Assembly: GCA_964451495.1 (NCBI GenBank)
Contig: CAYVHS010000001.1
Coordinates: 69,358 to 133,357, forward strand
Origin: an uncultured Bdellovibrionales bacterium
GTDB lineage: Bacteria > Patescibacteriota > Minisyncoccia > Moranbacterales > UBA1568
Direction of reading: 5' to 3'
Length of the DNA: 64,000 nucleotides
This document shows positions 19,633 through 29,391 of the stretch, in pieces (position 1 is the stretch's first letter; the number at the start of each line of letters is the position of its first letter). The notes below the pieces were generated by a model. That model ran no database searches. It was not told the origin of the DNA and saw only the letters and a list, made by a program, of their open reading frames with translations. The translations under genes and the position numbers were made by a program.

Positions 19633-21195
19633 ATGAAAATTGTTGAAGCTCTACTATCAGGTATGAATATTTCATGGCAACGGGCGTGGCAGATCTTGTT
19701 TGTGATCGTGCTCGTAGGAGCGGGACTCCGGTTCTATGCGCTCGGAAATAATTCTTTCGTCGCCGATGAGTTCCTCGATATCAATTCGAGCTATGGTTAC
19801 GCAGAGACGGGGGAATGGAAAGCGTGGGATTTCAATTTCAGCAAACCAGCCGAGGTAAATATCAATGACGCGCGTGATGAGCGAGCCTTTGCGTATAAAT
19901 GGCAGGTAGCGACGCTGTTTAAATTTTTGCCGCCAACAGAAGGCGTGGCACGATCAGTGAGTGCGCTTTGGGGGGTGTTTACGATTCTCCTCATGTTTTG
20001 GACGGGATGGTTTCATACTCGCAAGAAAACAGTGGGATTGATCGCGGCATTTCTCTTTGCGGTTTCGATAAGTGGCATCATCTTTGATCGCCGACTCCGT
20101 ATGTACGCCATGTTTTTTCCGGTGTATCTCGGCTTTGCGACCAGTCTCTTTGCTTTTTTTGAGACGGAATATCGCGGCAAATGGTCGCTGTGCCGAAAAC
20201 TTTGGGAGCGATGGGGATTAAATGTATGCTATCTATTCCCGCTTGTTTTGTTGGGCATGCTTTCATTACATGTGCACCAGCTCTCCATCAATATCGTTCC
20301 ATTGTTCGGGACCTATCTCGTGTGGATGACTTTCATGGCCTGGAGAGGCAAGGAGGGATATAGGAACAAATATGCGATAACGCTCGGGGTTGGTATTCTC
20401 GGCGCTCTCCTAGTATTGATGGTATCTCCGTTTGCTCGTGGGATGATATTCGGTGGTGCTCTCGTATGGTTCGATAATCATTATGCGTATTTTGGCTACG
20501 TACTCCGTGATTTCGCGCATCCACTCCTCGGTATCATGGTGATGATATTCGGCGCATATTTCCTCGGGAAAAAGCTCAATCGTCCCAAAGAAGCAGCGTG
20601 GCTCTCACTCGGGATCCTGGTACCATTTGTGATGGCTGTGTGGTTCTGGCGGCGCAACGAAGGCGCTCAATATATATTTTTCGCGCAGTCATTTGCTCTC
20701 TTGCTTGCGGCTACAGGAATATATGGCTGTATGTGTTTTGTGCGTCAATCTCTCGCGGTGTCATATGGCAAGAAAGTCATATGGATCACACTATTGCTCG
20801 CGGTACTTCTTATTCCGAATTATGGGTATTTCCTCGAGGAGAACAACACCTATCACGAGACCTCATCGGGTGATAATCCCAATTATCGGAAAGTGTTTGC
20901 TTATTTCAACAAGTATCATGAAAAGGACGAGGTCATCATCACCCGCAATTTCCGCAATTATTATCTGAGCGGTGCGAAGGTGCTAGTGTATGATTTTGGC
21001 GGTGAGCTTTCCAGAGAGAAATTTTCGCTCGCGGAGCTAGAGTCTATTATGGATACTCATCCGCATGGCTGGGTAATCGTTTCGACCAATGATTATGATT
21101 ATGTCTCAAACGATGTGGAACAGTTCTGGAAGAAGCACATGGAGCGCGTGAGCAATGCCCAGGTGCGTGGGGATATCGAAGTGTATCGTTGGTAG
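19633..21195 (+). CDS. GT-C fold membrane glycosyltransferase (ArnT-like)
   Basis: GLRFYALGNNSFVADEFLD (DE motif in first loop). RMYAMFFP. Polytopic. Confidence 0.7.
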   Translation: MKIVEALLSGMNISWQRAWQILFVIVLVGAGLRFYALGNNSFVADEFLDINSSYGYAETGEWKAWDFNFSKPAEVNINDARDERAFAYKWQVATLFKFLPPTEGVARSVSALWGVFTILLMFWTGWFHTRKKTVGLIAAFLFAVSISGIIFDRRLRMYAMFFPVYLGFATSLFAFFETEYRGKWSLCRKLWERWGLNVCYLFPLVLLGMLSLHVHQLSINIVPLFGTYLVWMTFMAWRGKEGYRNKYAITLGVGILGALLVLMVSPFARGMIFGGALVWFDNHYAYFGYVLRDFAHPLLGIMVMIFGAYFLGKKLNRPKEAAWLSLGILVPFVMAVWFWRRNEGAQYIFFAQSFALLLAATGIYGCMCFVRQSLAVSYGKKVIWITLLLAVLLIPNYGYFLEENNTYHETSSGDNPNYRKVFAYFNKYHEKDEVIITRNFRNYYLSGAKVLVYDFGGELSREKFSLAELESIMDTHPHGWVIVSTNDYDYVSNDVEQFWKKHMERVSNAQVRGDIEVYRW

Positions 21196-22277
21196 AGAAT
21201 AGCATGAAAAAACGATTTCTGAAGATCTTGAAAGTCCTGGGAAAACGAGCGAGAGCGTACTCTGTGAAAGCTATGGCGTTCGTGAAAAAATATCCGATAC
21301 GTTTGGCTGTTTTGGCTTCGACCATCATAATAGTCATTGCTTTTATATTTTTCGTCGTTCATTTGGGAAATGAGCTGAGACAGAGAGCCTATGAGCGGGG
21401 CGAGAGAGTCCGAGTAGGCTTTAGTGCCGACTGGGAATATGGTAGTCGGAAAAAGATTCAGAAAAAATTGACCAATCAAGCACCTGCCGAATTGACCAAA
21501 GTTGTGGAATATTTCAATGCCGTTTTCCAGCCCGAAATCGTCATTGGCGGCGGTGATTATATCGAGAGCTCGGGTGTGAAAGTGGAGAAAGCCAAAATAC
21601 AGCTACGGGAAATAAATGATATTTTCAAAAAGCTCGATGCTCCGCGTGCTTATGTCCTCGGCAATCATGATCTGCGAGTGCTGCCACGGGCTGATGTGAT
21701 GAGTATTCTCGAAATAGAAGAGACACATGGCGTGTATGATATTGGCGATTGGCGCCTCGTGCTTTTCGATACGAATGCGAATAAAGGTGATGATTCGGAT
21801 AGGAGCGCGCAGGCGTATTCTATAGGCTATACCAAAAAGGCCGAGCTCGAGTGGTTGGGCCAAGCACTCGATACTGACCGTCCTACAGTGGTCTTTTCGC
21901 ATCATACGCCGGTACTTACTATCACTACCGATGATATCTGGCGTGAGAATATCGAGAATGCTGATGAGGTGCGTGCTGTACTCGAGCAGCATCAAAATGT
22001 CATTGCCTCCATCTCTGGGCATACACCACGTCCTCAGGAATCAGTAATGAATGGGGTACGTTATATCGTTTCTGACACGTTGGTGAGCGAGACTGGTATC
22101 GGTGCCTTCGCTACGATAGAGCTTTACTACAATCCTTTTTCGACTCGTGCCGAGATCGTTTTTGAGCATTACGGTATGCGTCGAGAGACATATAGTGGAG
22201 TCACGTATCTAGAAAAAAATAAAAGAGAGAGAATGTCTCGGATGATTAGGACTATATTGGCGGAAAAATATTTATGA
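21189..22277 (+). CDS. Membrane-anchored calcineurin-like metallophosphoesterase
   Basis: N-terminal TM helix. GNHD, GDW and SGHTP motifs are consistent with the metallophosphatase fold. Confidence 0.65.
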   Translation: MVENSMKKRFLKILKVLGKRARAYSVKAMAFVKKYPIRLAVLASTIIIVIAFIFFVVHLGNELRQRAYERGERVRVGFSADWEYGSRKKIQKKLTNQAPAELTKVVEYFNAVFQPEIVIGGGDYIESSGVKVEKAKIQLREINDIFKKLDAPRAYVLGNHDLRVLPRADVMSILEIEETHGVYDIGDWRLVLFDTNANKGDDSDRSAQAYSIGYTKKAELEWLGQALDTDRPTVVFSHHTPVLTITTDDIWRENIENADEVRAVLEQHQNVIASISGHTPRPQESVMNGVRYIVSDTLVSETGIGAFATIELYYNPFSTRAEIVFEHYGMRRETYSGVTYLEKNKRERMSRMIRTILAEKYL

Positions 22278-22279
22278 AA

Positions 22280-22324
22280 AAAGAAAAACGTTCGGCGACC
22301 TGATAGGTACCGAACGTTTTGAAA
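22280..22324. terminator. Bidirectional rho-independent terminator (aaacgttcgg/ccgaacgttt)
   Basis: Perfect 10-bp stem flanked by an A-tract and a T-tract, between convergent genes. Confidence 0.7.
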
Positions 22325-22338
22325 TACCGACCATGGAA

Positions 22339-22932
22339 TCATGAAGACCGTATTTTACCGGTAATCCTTGTGCTAGTGATAGCGTCTGGCCAGCGTATAA
22401 GACACAGTTCTCCTTCGGAATAATGATACAGATTCATGAGGATACTGGTTGCTTCTTTATCCTTAGAACCTTCCGTGCGGAGAAAACTGTAGATAACTTT
22501 TGCGAAATTCCTCCTGACCGAAAAAAAGACCGATGGCTCAAGAAGCTTATCGTTTGGGCCATATGAGATTCTGTAAAAGGATCGGAGTCCATCAGCCGCA
22601 TGCTGGTAGGATTTCCAGTGCTCCATAGAGAAGCTGAGCTCGTAGAGGGCAATGAGCCCAGAAAACTGCCTCATATAGAGCGCGGTTATTTGCTCGAGAG
22701 TCGTGTCGAGCTCTTGCCAGGTGACGATGCCATCGCGAACGGCTCCTTCAATGATCGCGACAGTATCGTCGCAATCCAGGCTGGTCCAGCGTTCGCAGAG
22801 AAAATCCAGGAAAACTGGTTCTTCTTTGAGTTGCCGCATGGCGTACCCGATCTGTTTCCTGACGCTTTTTCCGTAGAAAAAACAATAGGCGTTTTGCTTT
22901 AATTGTTCCCAAAAAGCTCTGAGTGCTTGCAT
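22339..22932 (-). CDS. Hypothetical protein (197 aa from internal ATG)
   Basis: The ATG at minus 22932 is preceded by AAGGAG with 7-nt spacing. No recognisable domain. Confidence 0.45.
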   Translation of the reverse strand: MQALRAFWEQLKQNAYCFFYGKSVRKQIGYAMRQLKEEPVFLDFLCERWTSLDCDDTVAIIEGAVRDGIVTWQELDTTLEQITALYMRQFSGLIALYELSFSMEHWKSYQHAADGLRSFYRISYGPNDKLLEPSVFFSVRRNFAKVIYSFLRTEGSKDKEATSILMNLYHYSEGELCLIRWPDAITSTRITGKIRSS

Positions 22933-23035
22933 GTCATTCTCCTTGTTTGGTGGGGGGGTGCTGCAGAAAGTTTTTAAGGTTCGATATATATTATACACCT
23001 AAAATACCAAAAAGTCAAGGCCACGAAGTTTTTCC

Positions 23036-24508
23036 TCAGGCCTTTTTGAAGATTTTTATGAAGGGAGCAATGTCTTCATCGGTCAGTTCACGGAACAACC
23101 GCAGGAGAACAAAATAGAGAAAGAAAAGAAAAGCTCCAGAAGCGATAAAGCTCAGATCGCCCCGAGGTAGGATATATCTCGCGAGGAGCGTGATGATAGT
23201 GGCGCTTATGAGAGACAGGAACATCGTTTTGATTGAAATTTTTGATTGGAAATGAATTCGAGTATAGATGAGGATGCCAATCATGAGAAGAAATGAGACA
23301 AGGGTGGTTGCGAGTGCGGCACCGATGATCTGATACTTGGGAATCAAGATGAAGTTGAGGGTGACCATTCCGAAGAATCCACCAATCGCGAGCTTCATGG
23401 GAATCTTGACGAGGCCGGCCCCGTTGAGCGCAAATGAGAGCACATAAAAAACAGTGAGGAACCCAACGCCAATAGTATATATGCCCATTGTTATTGCACC
23501 ATCAATGTATTTTGGGCCGAAGAAAAAATGCATGGCTTGTGAGGCATAGGCAGTGAGAAGAGCGACCATGGGGAAAAGGAGGAGTACAAGGAGACGGAGT
23601 GATTTATCGACGAGACTCTGCGTCTCTTGATCATTGCGTTCGGCGGTGAATTTGGAGATGGCTGGGAGTAGGATGATAGTGAGCGCGTAGAAGAGGTAAT
23701 AGGGGATGCGTCCGGCGGTGATAGCAGCATTGTAGATGCCAGTTTGGTAATCGCTTTGGAGGAGGCTTTTTACAAAGTAGAGATCAAGTGTGAGGATGAA
23801 TTCGTAGAAAAGCAGGAAAAGAGTGAGGGGCCCAGCATAGGTGAGAATCGTTTTTCCAGAGAATTCAATAATTTCTGATTTAGTTTGTTTTACATGTGGG
23901 AAATAGCGGTGCGTGATGTAAATATCGCAGAGAAGTGCGACGATGAAGATGAAAAGTGGTGCAGCGATGTACCCTGATACTGCTCCTGTTACACTAAAGA
24001 AATAGGCGAAGCTGATGATGAAGACGATACGACCGAGCGCTCGTGTGGTTTTCAAAACGGCTTGGAGACGGAAAAAGTGAAGTCCCGTGTAGTAGTAGAA
24101 ATAAAACGATGCAGCGGCAAAGGCAGGAATCATGAGCGAAGATAGCCGGAAAAGAGGAGTAAGAGAGGAATCATGGAGCGCCCAAGAAATCAGTGGCGCT
24201 GCGAAGAAAAACAGAGCGGTTACGGCGGACATGAGAATAACCTGAAGCTTGATAGCTTTGTGCTTGATGCCGAGGATTTTCTCTGGAGCACTTTCGAATA
24301 TTTCTGAGAGATATTTCGACATGGCCGTCGGGATACCGTTGCCGATGAGAATGATGATCATTGTCGTGAGCGTGACCGTGAGGCTGTAGCGGCCGTAGTC
24401 TGCCGGGCCGAGGATACGGCCGACGGAGGCTTGGATGACGTAGCCAGCCAGATTGAAAACAATTTCAGATAGAGTCAGCCAGATGAGCGCGCTGGAGAAT
24501 TTTTTCAT
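23036..24508 (-). CDS. wzx: Wzx-like polysaccharide flippase (MOP superfamily)
   Basis: 490 aa with about 14 TM helices. N-terminus LIWLTLSEIVFNLAGYVIQASVGRILGPADYGRYS is typical of Wzx/PST family. Confidence 0.8.
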   Translation of the reverse strand: MKKFSSALIWLTLSEIVFNLAGYVIQASVGRILGPADYGRYSLTVTLTTMIIILIGNGIPTAMSKYLSEIFESAPEKILGIKHKAIKLQVILMSAVTALFFFAAPLISWALHDSSLTPLFRLSSLMIPAFAAASFYFYYYTGLHFFRLQAVLKTTRALGRIVFIISFAYFFSVTGAVSGYIAAPLFIFIVALLCDIYITHRYFPHVKQTKSEIIEFSGKTILTYAGPLTLFLLFYEFILTLDLYFVKSLLQSDYQTGIYNAAITAGRIPYYLFYALTIILLPAISKFTAERNDQETQSLVDKSLRLLVLLLFPMVALLTAYASQAMHFFFGPKYIDGAITMGIYTIGVGFLTVFYVLSFALNGAGLVKIPMKLAIGGFFGMVTLNFILIPKYQIIGAALATTLVSFLLMIGILIYTRIHFQSKISIKTMFLSLISATIITLLARYILPRGDLSFIASGAFLFFLYFVLLRLFRELTDEDIAPFIKIFKKA

Positions 24509-25122
24509 ATTTTTTCTTGGATTTGTTGGAAGATGATTTCTTTATCTCTATTGGCATCGATAATAACCATGTTCCAGAGAGATGTGTTTTGCTTGAAGAG
24601 CTTTTGCTTGGCATGGAGATACTCGATGCCTTGTTCAGGTGCGCGTTCGCGGGACATAATGACCTCTGGTGCGATATCGAAATAGAGTGCGACATCCGGG
24701 TGCGGCAGAAGATTCTCTATGAGTTTGGCTCGGAGATCCCAGAAAGCCAAGGCCGGCTTGTGGTCGGTAGTAAGGTAGTCGATGTTCACGATGGAATCGT
24801 AGAAGTAGCGGTCAGAAAGGAGGTAGTCGCAATTTTCTCGCTTCAATTTTTTTATGAGGCAGCGGAAGCGGAATATGTCGATGAGGAGTAATTTCTGACG
24901 GAGAACAAGAGAAAACCACGATGCTCGTGTGATAGCTTTTTCTCGGCCGGGCTCGAATGTCTTTTGTCCTTTGAAAAAGCGCACAATTTTATTGGCGATG
25001 GAAAATTCGATCGAATGAAAATAAGCGACATTGAGATTTTGTCGCTCAAGGTTTTCTCGGAGAAGTGCCAGCTGGGTCGATTTGCCTGATCCATCGACAC
25101 CGGAAAAAGTGATGAATTTCAT
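24505..25122 (-). CDS. tmk: Thymidylate kinase-like P-loop NMP kinase
   Basis: FSGVDGSGKST P-loop. DRYFYDS (DRY) motif. LID-like RERAPEQG. Overlaps the wzx start by 4 nt. Confidence 0.55.
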   Translation of the reverse strand: MKFITFSGVDGSGKSTQLALLRENLERQNLNVAYFHSIEFSIANKIVRFFKGQKTFEPGREKAITRASWFSLVLRQKLLLIDIFRFRCLIKKLKRENCDYLLSDRYFYDSIVNIDYLTTDHKPALAFWDLRAKLIENLLPHPDVALYFDIAPEVIMSRERAPEQGIEYLHAKQKLFKQNTSLWNMVIIDANRDKEIIFQQIQEKI

Positions 25123-25195
25123 AGACTAAAGATACCAAAAAATGGTATTATTCACAACAGAAGGGCTCTATAATTTAATTTGTGAATTTTTTCGT

Positions 25196-25633
25196 ATGGG
25201 AAAAATGGTGGAAACACTCGTATTAGAACACAATGAGTTACGAAGGTTATTGGAACAGATACAACAAAGAGCTGTTCAATTTACTGACCTTATGTTGCTG
25301 GCTACTTTGCAAGAGTCTTTTTTGAAGAAGCTGGAAGGGCATTTGTTGTTGGAGAACACGCTTTTCTACCCGGCAATTTTGGAGGGTATGAAGCAAAAAA
25401 ATACTCCATTGGAACAGGTGAGTAAGACACAAGTGTTCATCAGTGAGATGAAGGATATAGAAATGAAAGTAACGCAATTCTTTGGTGCTCACAAAGACGA
25501 GGAAACCATACGCGCGAAAAAGGAGGAATACTTGCGTGGATTGGAAGAAATTATGTCTGCTCTTATTATGCGTATTGAAACAGAGGAGGATAGCGTGTAT
25601 CTTATGTGGGATTTTTTCGGCGCGAAAGAGTGA
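25196..25633 (+). CDS. Hemerythrin-like (HHE cation-binding) domain protein
   Basis: HLLLE and HKDEE (HxxxE) motifs plus an N-terminal H. Internal start chosen because it lies just downstream of a TATAAT at 25171..25176. Weak call. Confidence 0.4.
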   Translation: MGKMVETLVLEHNELRRLLEQIQQRAVQFTDLMLLATLQESFLKKLEGHLLLENTLFYPAILEGMKQKNTPLEQVSKTQVFISEMKDIEMKVTQFFGAHKDEETIRAKKEEYLRGLEEIMSALIMRIETEEDSVYLMWDFFGAKE

Positions 25634-25634
25634 A

Positions 25635-27074
25635 ATGGATAGAGTAATTGACATGGGACTTCGGAATCTTTTCTGGTATTCTTTGTATCTTTTCCTTCTC
25701 CCTATACAGACGGTATGTTTTCTGCGGGAGCCTTTTATTGATGGGGTGAAGTGGCAGTATGGAACAGTAGGTATTTATTTTTCCGATTTACTTTTAATCG
25801 GGGCTCTTGTCTTTTTCGTAGCTTCTGGTTTTATATTGAAAAAATTTCAAATTTCAAATTTCAAATTTCAAATGTCGTCAGCGCTATTAATTCTTTTTGT
25901 TTTGTGGGCAGGGCTGTCGATAATGTGGGCGCCGGATCAGATGCTCGCTGGATATTTTTTTGTGAAGCTACTTTTAGCCGCGGGTGTATTTTTTTTGGCG
26001 CGGTCTCTTGATGACGAGGATGTAAAAACTGTCGTACAGGTACTCATCGCAGCCGCGGTACTACAGAGTCTGCTCGGGATAGGGCAGTTTATCATGCAGA
26101 GTACTTTTGCTTCCTCACTTCTCGGCATGAGCGTACATGATGCCTGGCAGGTAGGGACATCGGTACTCAAAAACGATTCCGGTCGGTGGTTGCGCGCTTA
26201 CGGATCATTTGAACACCCGAATATGCTCGGGGGATTTTTGGCGACTGCATTCGTTATGGTCATAGCATATGCGGTCTCTTTCGGGGAAAGTATTATGAAG
26301 ACGGTCGTCATGAGCAGAGAAGAACTTCGGCAGAGTGGAGCGTCTCTCTGGGAGAGGTTTTCCGATACGGTGCGCATGGTTGTGGTAGCAGGAGCAGGGA
26401 TGCTGATTCTCCTGGCTCTCATCCTGACTTTTTCCCGTTCTGCTTGGCTCGGGGCAGGAATGGGAATTCTTTTTCTCATAGCACAATTTTTCTTCTTAAA
26501 TGTTACCTCAAAACAACGGTCGCGGAATTATGTAATATTTTTGAAAACACTCGGAGTGTTGGGAGTGGCGGGGATAGTGTTTGTCGGAGCGCTACACGAG
26601 ACAGTATTTCCACGCTTCGATCGTACGGTTATAGAGAGTGAGGGATCGGTTTCAGAGCGTGTACAGTCGTTTGAGGATGCTCAGATGGTCATCGGTGAGG
26701 GAAATATACTCCTCGGCACGGGGGCGGGCAATTTCACAGCTCAGAGCATGCGTTTGCAGCCAGATCGTCCGGTCTGGACTATCCAGCCAGCTCATAACGT
26801 CTTTGTTCTCATTTTTGCTGAGCTCGGCCTCGTTGGTACAGTGCTTTTCATCGCTTTTCTTTTCTCGATTTTTTTCAAAACCGAAAAAATAAAATGTTAC
26901 ATAATTCGACGGCCGTCATTTCGTGTAACATTTTTGAATGAGAGGAATATGGTGTTTGTCGAAGCCTTCGTGGCGGTTGTGCCAGCATTGCTACTCGATC
27001 ATTATCTATGGACGTCACATTTTGGCCTTATCTTTTTCTTTCTCCTCCTCGGCCTCGCTTTAAAAGAAAATTGA
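25635..27074 (+). CDS. O-antigen ligase / Wzy_C-family polytopic membrane protein
   Basis: ILTFSRSAWLGAGMG motif. About 10-12 TM helices. The ATG at 25635 is 1 nt after the upstream stop. Contains a 4x aatttca repeat. Confidence 0.65.
   Translation: MDRVIDMGLRNLFWYSLYLFLLPIQTVCFLREPFIDGVKWQYGTVGIYFSDLLLIGALVFFVASGFILKKFQISNFKFQMSSALLILFVLWAGLSIMWAPDQMLAGYFFVKLLLAAGVFFLARSLDDEDVKTVVQVLIAAAVLQSLLGIGQFIMQSTFASSLLGMSVHDAWQVGTSVLKNDSGRWLRAYGSFEHPNMLGGFLATAFVMVIAYAVSFGESIMKTVVMSREELRQSGASLWERFSDTVRMVVVAGAGMLILLALILTFSRSAWLGAGMGILFLIAQFFFLNVTSKQRSRNYVIFLKTLGVLGVAGIVFVGALHETVFPRFDRTVIESEGSVSERVQSFEDAQMVIGEGNILLGTGAGNFTAQSMRLQPDRPVWTIQPAHNVFVLIFAELGLVGTVLFIAFLFSIFFKTEKIKCYIIRRPSFRVTFLNERNMVFVEAFVAVVPALLLDHYLWTSHFGLIFFFLLLGLALKEN
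25843..25872 (+). repeat. Heptanucleotide tandem repeat (aatttca)x4 inside a coding sequence
   Basis: aaaaaatttcaaatttcaaatttcaaatttcaaatg read directly from the sequence. Confidence 0.9.
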
Positions 27075-27163
27075 CGGAGTAACGGATTCGTTGTATTCTG
27101 TGTAGTCTGGTTTTTGATAGTTTTTTTACCAATCAGTGGGTTTTTTGATGAGGAGATTTAAAT

Positions 27164-27607
27164 ATGAACCACGAAGCGGATTTTGCTCAATTTGAGCGTG
27201 CAGTGACGGAGGCCCGTATTGATTCTGGCAAGAAAAAAGAAATGGGGCGACTGCTCGCGGTTGCTATTTCTTCTGCTAGAAAAACAAAGAGGGATATTAT
27301 CAATGCGTGTATTGCGAATCATGCCACAGTTGATCGCTGGCTCGCCGGAAGTAATGTGCCCCATCCGAATCAGGTCGATAGTTTGAAAAAAATCTTGCTG
27401 GGTGTGCCTGGTACTACTGCGACTCATCCCCTGACTGTCTTCCTGCTCCATGCTCGCTATCGCCCTGTTATTCATTTTCTTTTTGAGCAAGAGTCAGGCG
27501 GACAGTCTTTGGATGAAGGACAGGTGAGTAATCTGCTTTGGCTGGCAGAAAAAAGCAAGGGGGAGCTTTCGAAAGAAATGATGAATATTTTTCTTGGCTT
27601 TAAGTAA
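27164..27607 (+). CDS. XRE-family helix-turn-helix transcriptional regulator (small)
   Basis: KTKRDIINACIANHATVDRWLAGSNVPHPNQVDSLKKIL resembles a Cro/C1 HTH. GAGGAG 9 nt upstream of the ATG. Confidence 0.5.
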   Translation: MNHEADFAQFERAVTEARIDSGKKKEMGRLLAVAISSARKTKRDIINACIANHATVDRWLAGSNVPHPNQVDSLKKILLGVPGTTATHPLTVFLLHARYRPVIHFLFEQESGGQSLDEGQVSNLLWLAEKSKGELSKEMMNIFLGFK

Positions 27608-27637
27608 TCTGCAAAATTATGTGGATTCAGCGTCAAG

Positions 27638-27681
27638 AAAAAAACCGCTTCGGTCAATATGACGGAGCGGTTTTTTTTTTG
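27638..27681 (+). terminator. Rho-independent terminator
   Basis: aaaaaaaccgcttcggtcaatatgacggagcggtttttttttt: a GC stem followed by a T10 tract. Confidence 0.75.
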
Positions 27682-27692
27682 CTTGTTTCGTT

Positions 27693-27736
27693 GCGCATTA
27701 TAATATACGGTCGGATGTTATAATGCGCATTTTTTA
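27693..27736 (+). terminator. Second hairpin plus T-tract (perfect 11-bp inverted repeat gcgcattataa/ttataatgcgc)
   Basis: Seen directly in the sequence. The arms contain TATAAT-like hexamers, so it could also be an operator or promoter element. Confidence 0.4.
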
Positions 27737-27817
27737 CCCATGAGTCCAGCGTGCCGGACAGTGAATTTTAGTAAAGGGAGCAGGATGATGACTGTTAATT
27801 GTTCGTTGCTGTTGGAT

Positions 27818-29314
27818 TTAGTACATGATGACCGAGATGGGCTGCATTTTGGCGACGGGCTTCACGATATTGTTTTCCGTGACGCTCGCGATGACATCGT
27901 CGGCGCGTTTGTAGTGTGATGAGTCCTGCTCGATCACTTTGGATGAGCGGCCGTTGTAGAGCTTCACGCCTTTCTGCTCGAGCTTCTTGTCGAGCTCGGC
28001 TTTGTTTTCTGGGATGACGTCTTCTGTCTTTTTGGCAGCCTTGCCCGCGCCATGATTGCAGGAGAAGAATGTGGAATCGTTGCCATCGGTACCGACGCAG
28101 AGGTAGGCCTCTGTGCTCATTGAAGTCGGGATGAATGCGGGTTCACCGGTTTCTTTGAAAATCGGATGGTCACTCATGCGGGATGGTCCGTAGGCGCGAC
28201 TGGTACCGTTACGATGCACCCAGAGATTCTTGCCATAGTGCTCTTCCTGGCTCACAAGGATATGAGGCATGTCATAGAGGAGTTCTAGGCCGATATCGCG
28301 TCCGAGGACGCTTTGGGCAGTCTGGGCGACGTTGTGAGCGATGACAGCACGATTGGCATGTGCGAAATGGGAGCAGGCGTTGCGAGCGGCCATATAGAGT
28401 TCGCCGTCTTCGCCCTCGCCATCGAATGTGATAAGTGGTTCTTTTTTACCGAAATCGGATTCGCGGATCTTGCGGGCAATAGTCGCGACGATGTTTTTGT
28501 ATGGTGTCGACCAGAAGAAACGACCGATATTCATGAGGATAGCTGTCGAAAGATGTTCGCGCTTTTTGGCAGTGTACATGTACATCGTGTACTGGCCTAG
28601 GATACCAGAGCCACAGTGAATCATGAAAAGGTAGTCGCCTTTTTTCACGCCGAGCTTTTGTGCGGTTACGTCATCGATGGTCTCCGTCACTTTCATGAGA
28701 TCGAGGAAGTGATTGCCAGCGGCCCCGAGGATGCCGGAACGAAACTGTGCAAAAAAGAGGAAGAGTCTCGGAATGATGTGGAGAATTTCTCGGCGTGATT
28801 TTTTTTCGCTAAAAAAGTTGCCACGGTCAAGAGAATTTTCGGCTTCGTATTTTGTTTTGATACCGAGGTAGTCGATGAGTGGGGCGATGCCTTTTCTGGC
28901 GATATCGACGATGACACGGAAGGGGAGGAACGTGCCGACGTAGGCTTTGGTAGGAACGGTGTCAACAAGTGCTTCGAAAAGCCTGTTCAGTTCTTCGGGC
29001 GTGATGTTGTTTTCGTTTAAATTGGTACGGACGAGACGCATGCCACAAGCTGGGTCGCTATCGTTTAGCTGCGGCAGGATGTATTTCTCAGATGTCACAG
29101 TCGTGCCAGTAGCGTTTTTGCGACCGGGTTTACTATGGACATCGGCCATGGCCGCGATGTGATGGAAGCAGCCGTCATTTGAAGCGACGCTTTCAAGTTG
29201 TGTGAGAGTTGATGCTTCAGGAAGGAGTGCTTCTTGTACATGGAAAACGACCGGGATTTTCATCTTATCAGTCTTCATTTCGTGGCGGAAAGCCGAGATT
29301 TTTTGTATATTCAT
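27818..29314 (-). CDS. rtcB: RtcB-family RNA 3'-phosphate/5'-OH ligase
   Basis: DGCFHHIAAMADVH metal site. SCNHGAGK (NHGAGR-type His-GMP motif). About 480-500 aa. Confidence 0.8.
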   Translation of the reverse strand: MNIQKISAFRHEMKTDKMKIPVVFHVQEALLPEASTLTQLESVASNDGCFHHIAAMADVHSKPGRKNATGTTVTSEKYILPQLNDSDPACGMRLVRTNLNENNITPEELNRLFEALVDTVPTKAYVGTFLPFRVIVDIARKGIAPLIDYLGIKTKYEAENSLDRGNFFSEKKSRREILHIIPRLFLFFAQFRSGILGAAGNHFLDLMKVTETIDDVTAQKLGVKKGDYLFMIHCGSGILGQYTMYMYTAKKREHLSTAILMNIGRFFWSTPYKNIVATIARKIRESDFGKKEPLITFDGEGEDGELYMAARNACSHFAHANRAVIAHNVAQTAQSVLGRDIGLELLYDMPHILVSQEEHYGKNLWVHRNGTSRAYGPSRMSDHPIFKETGEPAFIPTSMSTEAYLCVGTDGNDSTFFSCNHGAGKAAKKTEDVIPENKAELDKKLEQKGVKLYNGRSSKVIEQDSSHYKRADDVIASVTENNIVKPVAKMQPISVIMY

Positions 29315-29391
29315 CGTGGTATAGAATTATGCGGGTATCTTTCGTATAGGAATATGCTAGCATGCCAGAAGTATTTTTTGAAGCACGCATT

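Noticed and set aside
25843-25872. Possible CRISPR-like repeat
   Set aside because: It is a 7-nt microsatellite inside a coding sequence, with no spacer-repeat architecture.
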